Shown here piece after piece: positions 1 through 12,400 of a DNA stretch of 31,927 nt (its first letter is position 1; each line of letters starts with the position of its first letter). The DNA comes from Trichinella spiralis. Taxonomy: Eukaryota. The position numbers and the translations under genes were made by a program. The notes under the pieces are model-generated. The model saw nothing but the letters and a program-made list of their open reading frames with translations. It was not told the origin of the DNA and did not search any database. The stretch covers positions 4,738,682-4,770,608 of the forward strand of contig NW_003526945.1 of assembly GCF_000181795.1 (NCBI RefSeq), written 5' to 3'.

Positions 1-3
1 TAG

Positions 4-658
4 TGGGAATTCGAGGATCTGATGTAAAGCAACAAGCTCAAGTAGTAGTACCGAAATTGCCTCTGACAAAACCGTTCAAATGGAAACGTCCCAAAGCGAA
101 ATCGCATCACCGTCGTAACAATCGCCTCATCAGTTCGTTGCGTGACATTGATGAACTTCTCGGTTTGAAAAATCGAATCAAAACTTTCGATCAGTTCGAA
201 GTGTTTCTGGGCAATTGTGCGAAAGATATCCGCCGACGTGAACAAAATGTCCCACCCAACGGTGCTGCGATGTGGTCGCCGAGAAAAATTTACATTTATG
301 CCGATGCTGTTGATGCGGATGTTGTCTTCTACAGTAGAAAAGATTTGCAACAGCTTTTGGAATTGTTCAGCCCTTCTAGCAAAATCACGTTCAATTATGA
401 TTTTTCCGAGAAAACAAAGCCAACTTCGAAATGGGCTAATCACTCTTCCAACGTTGGTCGGCTACAAAACAGAGGAATTTCAAAAAGCAAGGTAAGCTTT
501 GTTATTTTATTTTTCTGCACTTTTCCGCATTTTTTGCAAAAAATAACTTATAAACAACAAGCAAAGTGATGGTTTTGTATTGGGTTTTTTTCTTCATCCA
601 GTCCAAGAGGGTAGAAAACGGTTTGCTTGGGAAAAAAGTGTATTTGCACATTCGATGA
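4..658 (+). CDS. 3' part (last two exons, ~4-491 and 602-658) of an unrecognised protein-coding gene; 5' end outside the window
   Basis: The frame is open from 3 to 491 and ends at a strong donor AAG|GTAAGC (GT at 492). A pyrimidine-rich acceptor ttcttcatccag| at 601 continues in phase 0 as SKRVENGLLGKKVYLHIR-TGA (656-658). No family motif recognised. Confidence 0.6.
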
Positions 659-1459
659 GCAAACATCTAATTCATCAAATGACATTCAGTATTTGTTGTT
701 TGTAGAAAATGGCTAATTTAGTTGTTGTGTGAACGTGATTGTGTAACTTCATTGTTCAATTGACATTTGACTACTTGACAAAGTTTCCAACAATTTATAC
801 AAAATGATTGTTCATTTTTATAGCCAATGATTCAGAGCATAAAAATGGGGGGGGTTTGTGTTGAGAATTATTCTCTTTGAAAACGAACCTATATTTTTGC
901 ATAAAATGGTGCCGCCACTTTTAATTAAAAAAGTAATAATAGCAGCAAGTCGCTTAGTATATACTACGCACGTGATTGTGAAGATTGTCGAATATGCAGC
1001 AGCTTTTCCGCTGCTTTCATTTGATGCTTGTTGGCATAGGTGGATTTTTATATATTTGCGGTGTCTTGACGGAATAAGGAAAATGGAAATAACCAGTTGC
1101 ATGCACAGCAGTATTTAAAAGTGAAAACAGCAATTGCGGGTCCTGTTTGTGAATTGTGTAAAACTTGTATTATACTCATGTAGCCAGCTTTTTGTCTAAT
1201 GTGTTTGTTGTTGTTGTTTTACGTGAGGCTACTTCCTTCCATTTTCTGGACCGGTAGTTTGCGTCAAAATTTTCCAACAATAGAGAACAACGTTTTTCTT
1301 TTTTAAATTGAAGTAAATTCAAATTTAAAGTAAATCATATTGTCACGCAGTTGTCAATATCTATTTCATGTTATATACACACTTGCTTGGCTTGTTCTTG
1401 TACTCTTGGTTTTTTATTTAAAATGATCTCAACAACTTTGAATTTTCCCATAGAAAAGC

Positions 1460-1481
1460 ATATATATATATATATATATAT
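1460..1481. repeat. (TA)n microsatellite
   Basis: tatatatata... run visible directly. Confidence 0.9.
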
Positions 1482-2981
1482 GTTTGAGAAACAAAGGAAA
1501 AATACATCAAAGAAAATGCATTTTAAAATTATCAACATCTGCGTTCTTATCAGTCAATGTTTGTCATTACAATTTTTGAATCGAATTTTAATTCACTAAT
1601 GCTATTTGGCATAGGATGACAATGAAATGACATTTGATTTAAATTTAGTTTTGTGCACTGTTTTAAATTTTAAAAAATAATCTAGAAGCAAATTTTTCTG
1701 TGCGTATTTGGAAAGCAAGCAACTCAACTCTGCCTGTGTTCTTGTGTGTAGGGTTGGTTCAGGGGGGGTGGGGGGTGGTTGGAATAATTAATTTGGACTT
1801 TTGAAATTCATTTTGCGCAAGCTGAAAATTTTGACAAGCAGCTACGCTAATATATTTTATTGAAAGTTCAATATAAAGTATTAAAAGCAGCGTGAGAGTG
1901 AATTATTTATTACGCATGACTTTGTTTTTCAAGTGCATCAAACGATGCAATTTGCAAAAATGTTTCCATCAATAATGAAAAGGCGTCACTGTCGCCGTTA
2001 CTGAATGACACTATTCATTTTCATTCTTTCAATAAATATTTCTTCTTTTTCCCATTTCATTCTGCACACAAGCATTATGTAATTTCAAGTCAACATGAAA
2101 GTGAAAAATACATTTTGACTGAAATATTCATTTGCTAATATTTTTTCCTGTCATTTTGTGATCAAAATATATTCAACAATGAAAGAATTTATTGACCGTA
2201 TATATATAAATATATTTTTCCCACTTATTGATGTACTTTTATTTTGTAAAATTGGTTATTCAAAGTGAAAATTAATTCAAACCGGTACCTTAATTTTGCA
2301 TTAAATATATGATATAGAAGGGTAATCAGACGCGTTAAAATCTAGTCAAACATTGAACAGCTTGTCATATTAGAGCAATCTCCAATTTGGTCATTGCACT
2401 TATTATTTTTCAAATGCGAATCAAAACGGTGTTGAAAGATAACAAAAGAAGTACTGTTTTCTACTGTGAACTGATTTTGAGGAAACTTTTTTCCCCAAAC
2501 AATTCATCTGCAATGTAGGCTGGATGAAAGTGTCGAATTTTGGAAAACAGAGGAGCTCATTTTGTCATGCAAAACATTGTGCATTGAATTTCAGTGTCAG
2601 CGATGATGAATGAATGACTGTGCAAAAGGACCCATTGTAACTTTCTTTTGTTGTACTTGATTTTTTAAATGACTACTGTAAAATAATGGAGAGTGCAACG
2701 ATGAAGTGGACGTCCAAGTGCTGACCATTGGGCGTTCAGTTCCCACGGTGCTATCTGGTGGTGCGGCTGACGTTTTGGTTTTTCTTTTTTAACCCGAAGC
2801 TGCTCGTCCGTGGTTACTTTATTGTTGTTTATTGGTAACAAAGTTGCAGCTACTGAGAGTCGGGTTAGCAGGCCGACTAACCAACAACTGCTTGTTGCTG
2901 CTAGCTGTGGTGTTGCTTGCTGGCTTGTTGTGCAGAGCAGGCAGGCAGGCAGGCGCGCGCGTAATCGGCATTTTGTTGCTT

Positions 2982-3052
2982 TCTACTACCACTTCTACTA
3001 CTACTACTACTACTACTACTACCAATATTATACTATTGCTGCTACTGCTGCT
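2982..3052. repeat. (CTA)n/(CTG)n trinucleotide simple repeats upstream of the formin
   Basis: ctactactactactac... followed by gctactgctgct; these produce the spurious poly-Y/T/V ORFs. Confidence 0.85.
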
Positions 3053-3454
3053 GGCAGTTTCTCTTCTGCGTCTAAAATAAGTGACAGCTGTTTCGCCTGG
3101 AGCGCAAAACGTTGCGCGAAAACACGAAGCTAGTTTGTGTGATTCGAAGAAGCCAGACGGGGCATCATCGTTGGTTGGTTCGTTGGTTCGTGTGTTCAAT
3201 TAATTAGCTGAGTGGAGAGGAATTTTTCAATCAAAACGCGCCTCACTTACAGCAGCCCCTGCCGCCAGTTTGACCTTTGCATAAAGGTTGCTGCGGTCGC
3301 GACCGCTTGACATCTGCACAGCGTGGCCACTACTGTATTTTTGGACAGTGGGCAGTTTTTCAGGTGACGGACGCATCGTCACGGCTGTATTACTAGTATT
3401 ATTGTTGCCATCAGTGCTGACCGCTCGCTCGAGCCAGATTAGCGCAAAACAGTG

Positions 3455-6400
3455 ATGCAACAGCAACCATTGCGACGCAACTGTGACGACGACGACAACG
3501 ACGACGACGAAGACGACCGTTTGACAATCAGAGTGCAATATCTGAACGACAAGGATCCGTTTGCCACGGCGGCGTCTTGCTTGGAACCAGCCCTTGGTCG
3601 CAGTTTTCGCTTCAGCTTGCAGACGACTCTGTTGGAACAACTGCCGTCTGTGCTTCGTCTCCTGAACGCACCGCACAAGGTAACCGAACTTGTTCAGCAT
3701 CAGAGGGAGTGAGAGAGAAAGAGAGAGAGAGCATCTCCGCTTAGACATGTGTGTGTGTGTGTGTCCAGGTTGGCTGTGTTGTATGAGTAAGACAAAAAAA
3801 ATGCCTGCCCCATTGCCACTGGAGGTGGAACGGAACAGTTGTGAGCTACTACTACTACTACTAGTGGCAAACATGCTGCTGCTGCTCTGTTTGCTCTCTT
3901 CATTGGGACGCTTGCATTGTTAGGCGAAGTGTGTGTGCTTCTTGAACAAACAGGAAGCGACGAATATCGTTCCTTTAGCAGGCATTTTTTCCAAAAAAAA
4001 TCTGCAAAATTTACGCTGCACCACACAAAAAGAGAGCTGACGGTAAGGGGCGGGCAGGGCACACAGGGGTGAGAGGGAGGGGGATTGTGATGATGATGAT
4101 GATGATGACAAGTGTTATTCCTGGTTCTGTTGGATATTTCTGTTGGTTCGTTGAGAAAATTAATTGTTTGCAACGTAGAATAATTATTCTTTCGCGGTAG
4201 AATTGTGTGTGTGTGTGTGTGTGTCGGTGATATTCAGGTGTTTTTTTCGTGATAATGCGTGTTGGTGGGGTGCCAAGCTATTTTTCGACCTCTCCACGCG
4301 TGGGATTGGGTCAAATTGTTTATGCCAGTTTCTGACTTTCATCGTCAATCTCTTTTTAAATGGTCGGCCCGGTTTTAGGCTCGCTTGAATTGCTTTGAAA
4401 TTGTGTCAAAGATGGCTTTCAAATGTGTCAAATTTTTGAATTTTTTCTCGTTATCTAATGTGAAAATTTTGTTACAAAAATTCCAAGAAAAAAAACAGAA
4501 AAAGTTTCAAGGTTGGTCGGTCGAATGGGCGTTGGCTAGAGAGTTCTGCAGTTTGTAGTAGCTGAGAGGTTGACACGGATCGAGAAAGGGCAGCAACAGC
4601 AGCACTGTTCAATTTCTGAGGACGTGCGGAAAGCAAGGCTTGTGTCAGTTGCTTTGTCAGTATAAGTGAATTAATCATCTCTGGAAAATAATAATCAGTC
4701 GTCAGTGGAAACGATGGATTTGAGAATTTTTCTTTCTCTTTTCCAGCTGGCTTAAATTGATTGAATTTATTCTAGATTTTAATCAAACCGATAGTGCAAT
4801 GCGGCGCTTGAAAGCAGCGGAATTGCGAGCAAAGGGGAGGGGAGGAATTTTTCGTCGTTCAGCATCAGCGTTGTTTCTGCTTTGTCAGCTTTGATGTTGA
4901 TTGGATTATATTAGCAATATGTTAAAGATGATCTCACTTTTACAAATTTCTCAGTCTCTAAATCTACATCTGGCTTTAACGCCTTGTGTTAATTTTGAAC
5001 CTGATTTTTGGTAAAAATTTGATCACACACATACTTATACGCGTGGTACGACGACCGATTGAGCACTTTGATTGATGACATTATCAAGTGGATGTGAAAT
5101 TTTTACAATTTTCAAAAATCTTTCTTAACCAGACAGCGTTGTTATTATGCAAATGCGTTGCATCTTTGAAAGTAACAGCAAACAAGGAAAACATTATTAC
5201 ATTAACATTAACATGAGGTATTTTTTGAAACGATTCTACATCATCTGGAAGTTTCTTGAAATTGTTGATTACATGTGGATATTTTTCTCGACTTTTTTCT
5301 GTTCATGAATTGGTGTTTGCCTCTTCTTTCACACTTGGCCATAATAATGTATCGATATTGTAATTGCCATAATTATTATAAGACAAGTTTAATCAAAGGA
5401 AAATGGAGAACGATGAAAAATGAAGTTTTGTTTATTTATGACATACAATTTAAAAAAAAAGAAAAGGAAAGACAACAAGCATGTGGTGGAGGATGATTGC
5501 GAGCAAGCTGTTGGAGATTTTTTTTGCAATGGAAATAGAGGAAAAAGCTCGTTTGGTTTCCAAGTGAAATTTACCGGAAACTTATCGGCTCTTTGTGACG
5601 TCGAAAAGGCCAGTTTGTGCAGAACAAATTTATTTATATTGCCAGCTTTAATTCTTGTCTGCATCTGCTTCTACTGAGTTCAGTTGAAGCAGCCAGCCGG
5701 CTAGCTAGCTAAGCTAGCTTGTTCAGTTAATTATTCATTTGCTACAATTAGCGGAAGTTGATAGGAAGGCGGCAAGGGTGTTGAAAAACAATTTATCTAC
5801 CCTCACGGCGCATATAAGCCACCAGCCACATTTCTCCTGCATGTACAAGCAGAAATTTGCTCGAAGCGTCTTTTATGTTGTTCGTGTTGTTCAATGGTGG
5901 GTGGGTGAAATGATGAATGAAGGTTTTGTCTTCTTTTTTTTTCAACCGATCAATAATACAACACACACCTCGTAGTGACAAGATGCTATATTTAATGTAG
6001 CAGTGATTAAAAATAACTTGGATTTAGAATTAGTTCTAGAATTGGGAAAAAAACAATAGATAACTGTGGTCTCAGAGTGGGCAGGGATCTTCTTCCCCAT
6101 AGTGCATGAACAAATTTAAATTGAAAACATCTCGAGTTGGCAAAAAGAAATGCACACACAGACCAGGCTGCTTTTTTCCCAATTCTTTTTTTGAGGATTT
6201 TTCTCGTTTGCACCAAACCAGACGACGGTCAACGTTGTCATTGCCACTTGCAACCGGCATTTGACAATAACCATTTAAAAAGCGATTTTCCCTTTTTGAT
6301 GATCACCACCAAAAAAATCCGTGACCTTAATTTGGTTTCAATTTGAAAAAATTTTCCATTTCATTCCACCATCGCATTTTTTACCATCATCTGATGATAT

Positions 6401-9400
6401 AAACCTTTTTATGTTGTATTTACAAAAGAAGAAGAAAGTTTTCTTATTATTTATTTTTTTAAATAGCACTTGTTTGAATGCATAGTGGTTGAAAAAATGC
6501 TGAATTATTTCGTATATACATATATATGCATATATGCATGTGTAGTGAAGGTGGAACATATTTGCTTGGCCTTTGGCAACTTTTTTACCCATTTCACAGA
6601 ATTCCCAATTTCGAATCGTTTTCATTTATCGAACAGCAACGGCGACCTGTTTAATAAACAATCTGTAATAATTCTTTTTTTATATATAAATTTTATTCAG
6701 ATTAAAGACGTTAGGCTGTTGGGAAAAAAAATTTGGTTTTTTATCTGTTTCAGTAATCTATGAAAAGCAGTATGTATCCATTTGATAAGAATGTTGTTCA
6801 TCAGTTGGAAAATGAAAAATTGCTTTTGCATTTGAATATTAGTGAAAATATTGTTCCTCTGTAAAATAATGCTTATTTCTCACGTCAGTTGCATATTTCC
6901 ACTTTTAGTACTAATACAGATAATGATAATAAATGATGATTTGATGTTTTGTCTGCTTAATCATTTGTCGAGATTTCTGATGAATGAAGCTTCTATTTAG
7001 TAGTAGTAATGGCACCGTTGTTGTATTTGTATTTTCTGCTAAATGGAATGAATTAATGTGTGCTTTCAGACTGGGAACAATGGGCTGTTTGTTTGTTGTT
7101 CATTGGTTCAATTTTCTTTTTTCAACAACAGCAGGGGTTTTTTTCACTTATGAAGAATTGAAAAATTCGACCCTCACCTTTGTTTCATTTGTTCCAATTT
7201 TATTTTATTTGTTCATTGAAGTTGGGGATTTTTTTTCTCTTCTTGTTCTCTTTCACACTGTTGTCGCACAGCTGACCTTCCTTCATTCATGCTTTTACTG
7301 TTTTTTTTATTTCATTTTAATTTTTCAGGTTGAAGATGCCGCGATGCAGATCGTTTCCTGTCAAAACGCTACGCCAGTTGATTATGGGAATTACTTGGAC
7401 TTGGACATGTCGTTGGTGGAACAGCCGGACGAGTTGGCTGTTCTGAAAGAGAGGTGAGTGTTCAAATTGCAAAAATCAGAAAAAAACGGAAAGCATTTAC
7501 CTTATTATTATCAGCATATCACTGAATGCAATTGAACAAGTAAATAAGTAAGTGATGCATACATATAAGTATACGTATACGTATGTATGTGTGCGTGTGA
7601 TCATTGGTATGAAATGTAGTTCAAGCGGACTTGTCAAAATATACCGCGTGCCGATTCGCGATTTCGTGTCCTTTTCGTCACCGCGTCCAGTTGGTGGTCA
7701 TCCGCATTGTGTTGACCTTAAAACTATGCGCCTGTGCTGACGCGGTCAGGTCGACGACAGAAGGGTGGATCCGTTTGTGCTCACGTAACGGTTTGGGAAC
7801 TCTCTCTCTCTCTCTTCTACTCTGTCTGCGCTCTTGCATAATCAGCTCGTCGATTATTATAATTTTCATTGTTCTCGTCCCGTTGTCCACATCTCGGCAT
7901 GTCGGCGGTTTGAACATCTCAATCGCAAGGAGAAGCTTGCCTCGATGCTTGTTCAAAGCGGCGCTCAGCATAAAGCCTCTCCTTCGAAAGACTCCTCCTC
8001 CACCTCCTCCTCCTCCTCCTATTGTCAACTGTTCACACCGAAGATTTGGTCAGCCGCTTCAGCCTGGTCCGATTCGGCTAACAATGGCGTTTGCAGGGCT
8101 GGCCTGCGCAGGCGCAGCAGCTTCACTGTCGCCGACGCCGCTTTGATTAATCCCAGTGCTGCTGGCTTATCCGGCTATTCAACCGCCCGCGAGCAAGCCA
8201 CCACCTCCTCCTTATTGAACAGCTTTATTCAACAACAGTAAGCTTTGCAGAACAACTCTCCCCCCGCCCCTTCTGAGGTCTCTGAGGTCATTGCCAGTTC
8301 TCTCATCAATGAATCAAACACAATATCTATAAGGTTGTGGAGTTCTTCGGGCAAGCACCACTTGTTTTCATTGATTGTGACTGACCGGTTGATTCACTTT
8401 CTCTTCTTCCCCTTCTTTTGAACAAAAACCCTCGCTCGCCTGCTCGCTTGCTTGCTTGTTTGCTTACATCTCGGCACGTACGACTTCCGTATTTTGTTTA
8501 CCACCACCCTCTCTGCACAGGATAGTCGAATACTGTTTTTTCTGATCTTTTTCTCATTTCAAAATTATTTCTCTTCATGTCTTACACTGCTGCTTTATTT
8601 TTGCAAACTTGCAACGATCTCTTGTCATTTTCGACCATTTTCCAGTAAGACACTTTTAAATTTTATCTTTCTCACCTTTTTTTCACTTGCTTTTCACCAT
8701 GCAAAAATTTCAATGATACTTTTACAATTGCAATTTCTTCTCTTGGTTTTTTGCTTCTTTTCAATAGATTCTCTGATGAAGTGAGCAAAATTAATTTATT
8801 CAGTATGCTGCACAGTCGTCTTCTTTTCTGTCAACTTTCCTTTGGTGGTTTAGTTTGGAATTACAAATTTTTGGATTTTTACAATCTTTGAGTTTTCATC
8901 ACACTTGTACAGAAAGCAAGAAAAAAAGATCATTCAAAAGCGGTTCGAATGTTGGCTTTTTCTTTGCAATGAAATGTTGAAATTTGCATGAGAGTTGTCC
9001 AACTTTAGCAACCCGAAGAAAACTGTGGTAATGAACATTGACTATTCACTTTGTATTGGTGGAATTTTCAGTCGAATCGGGGGGATATTGTTGTAATTAT
9101 CCAATTTCAAAAGCATTACATTGAATTTTGTTTTTGAATATTTTAATGTGTTGTTGGACAAAAGAAAATATCGGCTAAATTTCCACGTCTACACACGCGC
9201 GGTAATGTGTAGCTTGAACTTCTTGCTCCGCTTTCAGCAGGTGGAAGAGCGGTTTGTGTGACAGGCAAGCACGCGTGGAATTTGCTAAAATTACACTGCT
9301 TTTTAATTTAATTGTGTCAACTTTTTGAGATATCTGTTTCACAGTTTTGCAATTTCAAGAAAAAAACATAAATTTATGAAAATTAATCGAATCGAATTAG

Positions 9401-12400
9401 TTTTCTTTATTTACGATAATTATTTTTTTACCAAATTCATATACATTATTACACGCTTTTGTAATGATGATTTTTCTTTTCTATTCTGAAATTCGTTGAA
9501 TGCTAAATAGTTTTTAGCAGCTTGGCAAAAACTGCTCAAGCAACAATCAAGTGTAAAAATGTAGTTGGTATTTTTTTTGCATTTTGAATGAACAAAAGTG
9601 TATCATTCATCATGTGTGACATGTGAATGTTTGTTGTAAATTTTAAACGATACGTTAGAGAAATGTTAGGATGTTAAAGCTGACCTCTTTTCTTATTTTC
9701 CTTCAACATTTTTCACACACTGGCGTTGTTATTGCTTTACTATATATACATATATACATGTATATATGCATGTATGTATGTATGTATGTATGTATGTATA
9801 TTTTATACGGTCGACTTTGGTCAAAATTGGCATAATTTAAGTGGGATAGACGATGTTCTATTGCGCCTGCTCGTGCCAGGTTGCACTGTGCAATCACAAT
9901 CGGTTGTAACTGGGAATCTGTGCTAGTTGCTGCTGCTGGACGCTGGCTAGCAGCTACTCTTGCGATTATTACTATTATTATTATTAACAAGCGCAATGTT
10001 GTCAGGTCATCGTTTATCATCATCTTTCTCGCAAATATGTCGTCTTGTGGACGGACGGCACGGACATGCTTGAAAATTGAAAAGAAATTTGCAAAGCAAA
10101 AAATATTTTCTCTCTTCTCTGAGCAATTATACAATTATTAATTACCACCATACGTTTACGGTCGAGAGTTTATTCTTTTATTATTAGCAGCTAGTAGATC
10201 GAATTGTATAAAAATAACTTTATGCTATCGTTATCGGTCAAGTCAAGTCAAGTAGTATGTCATTTTTAGATGAATTGCTTGTTCGCATTTGTTTACCTTA
10301 TATTTATTATATGGTTGCACATGCACATACACACACGCACACAGATGCATCCATGATCGAGTGTACTAGAAAATAATTATTGTTGTTGTGTTGTGTTGCG
10401 TTTTAAGCATTCAACCTGATAAATTCAACTAGAAAAGCTTTCAAAGATTGTAGAAATTAAAATTTCTGTTCAATGTTTTTCATCATTGTTCATAGTTTTA
10501 TTCATTAGTAGTACGGTACAGCAAAACAAAAATGATGATGAGGAATAAATTGGAACGTCTTTAATGGGAAATGTAAATTACTTCTAATAAGTGATACTTG
10601 TGTTGTAATAGATGATGATTTATTCATGTGTTAACAGTGTTCTTTATTTTAGAAACGGTAATAATATTGTCGTAAGGACGCAGCTTTCTTGCAGAGTTCA
10701 CACAATAATTGGTATGAAATGAAATATTTTAAATATTACATGAAAAAAATTTAAATTTTCTTCAATTATTTAAGAAAAACTGTTGAACTCAACCGGTCGT
10801 GATTTGCGTCGAATTTTATTTTCTTTGAAGCAAATATTTCAGGTAAAAAATAATTATTAATATTTTATTATATATATATATATATACAATTTTCAGGACG
10901 ACAAAGATTTAGTTCATGAATTTGTTCAAAATGATGGCCTAGCGTGCTTGATAAAAGTGGGCGCAGCGGCGGATCAAAATTACCAAAACTACATTCTCAG
11001 GGGTCAGTGTGTAAATTGATTTTCAATAAGGCTGCTGCAATGTGCAAATTGATAAACTTTTACTATTTCAGCTCTAGGCCAGGTGATGCTTTACGTCGAT
11101 GGAATGAATGGTGTCATTGCTCACAACGAGACTATTCAATGGCTTTACTCTCTTCTCGGTTCTCAAGTATGTTGTTCGTATCATTGCATGTCAAATTCTT
11201 TCATTTCTTAAATTCCACAAATAAATATAAATATAAATATATGTATTTCTTTTTACCAACTGGAAATTAAGTTATTTAATAGTAATAATTTGTGAATTTT
11301 ATTTTATATCATCTGATAATACTGAAAGCTTTGGCGCTCAAATTAGCACTCGACACATTTGTACTCAGTAATAAATAGATAAATAAATATATGACAAAGA
11401 TAAGAATGTAAAGCATGCAATTTTTTTGCACGTTTTAGTCAAGGTCGCGTGATTCATTCTGTTAAAGGAAAAGCTTGCTTGTTTGCAAAAGCAGTATTGA
11501 TTGCGCGACTGCCGGAAAACGCAGCATTTAGTAATGAAAATAAGTTTCTCACTTTTCATTTGAACAATATGCAAAAACGACCTGCAGCTCAACTGTTCTG
11601 TTCTGAAGTGCCTTTTCGTGCTTGGCATAGAATAAGATAGAAATGCTATTCAGCGTGAGATCAAAGTTTGCCATATGCAAAATGCTGTTTTGATTTTTAT
11701 CAATATTGAAATTACTTTCGCATAGATATTTTCTTTTGCTTATTCACACCGTCTGTCTTTGATTTTATAGTTTCGTCTGGTGGTGAAAACGGCGCTTAAA
11801 TTATTGTTGGTGTTTGTCAAATACACAGAATCAAATTCTTTGCTTCTTCTTGCAGCTGTTTACATTGTTGACAGAGAGCGAGGTTATTATTATTATTATT
11901 ATTATTATATGCTGTTTGTACTCTGTTCTTTTTGCATGCAAATTTAGTGGTTGGTGAAATTCTCATTTTCATTTTTCTAGGTGTACCTCCTTGGAGTCAT
12001 GTAATGGGCATTTTGAATGACAAAGACTGTGGGGACACGGAACTTCTCGTGTACGCAATGACGCTGTTGAATAGAAGCTTAAACGGCGTCCCTGATCAAG
12101 ATACTTATTACGACATTGTCGATGCTTTGGAAGAGCAAGGCATGGAAGCTACGGTGCGGCATTTGCAATCTTTGCGTAGTCGTGAATTATCTGAACAATG
12201 CCGAATGTACGAAGCGATGCTTGATAAAGAGGACAGCGAAGAGGTTGCCACTTCGAATGGCGGCATTACTACTAAGCGGTAGTGCTTTTGAATTATTTTC
12301 AATATATACATACAGTATATTCTGTTTTTTTCTTTTTAAGTGCTGGTACAAGAACTGGGCACAATTCCGGGGATCGACGTAGTAGTGGTGTGCGCGAAAA

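Noticed and set aside
2810..3199. ORFs with poly-Y/T/V tracts on both strands
   Set aside because: They are translations of (CTA)n microsatellites in the formin upstream region, with no splice or motif support.
3845..4042. Open frame ending at donor 4042 as an extra coding exon of the formin
   Set aside because: It has no ATG and no phase-0 acceptor within the open stretch.
3227..4173. 215-aa and 157-aa minus-strand ORFs
   Set aside because: They are antisense to formin exon 1 and simple repeats, and are low complexity.
7631..8146. 171-aa plus ORF with poly-Pro and 116-aa minus ORF with poly-Gly as a nested gene
   Set aside because: Both are alternative readings of the (CCT)n tract. Only the 7945-8237 frame has an ATG plus a phase-matched donor.
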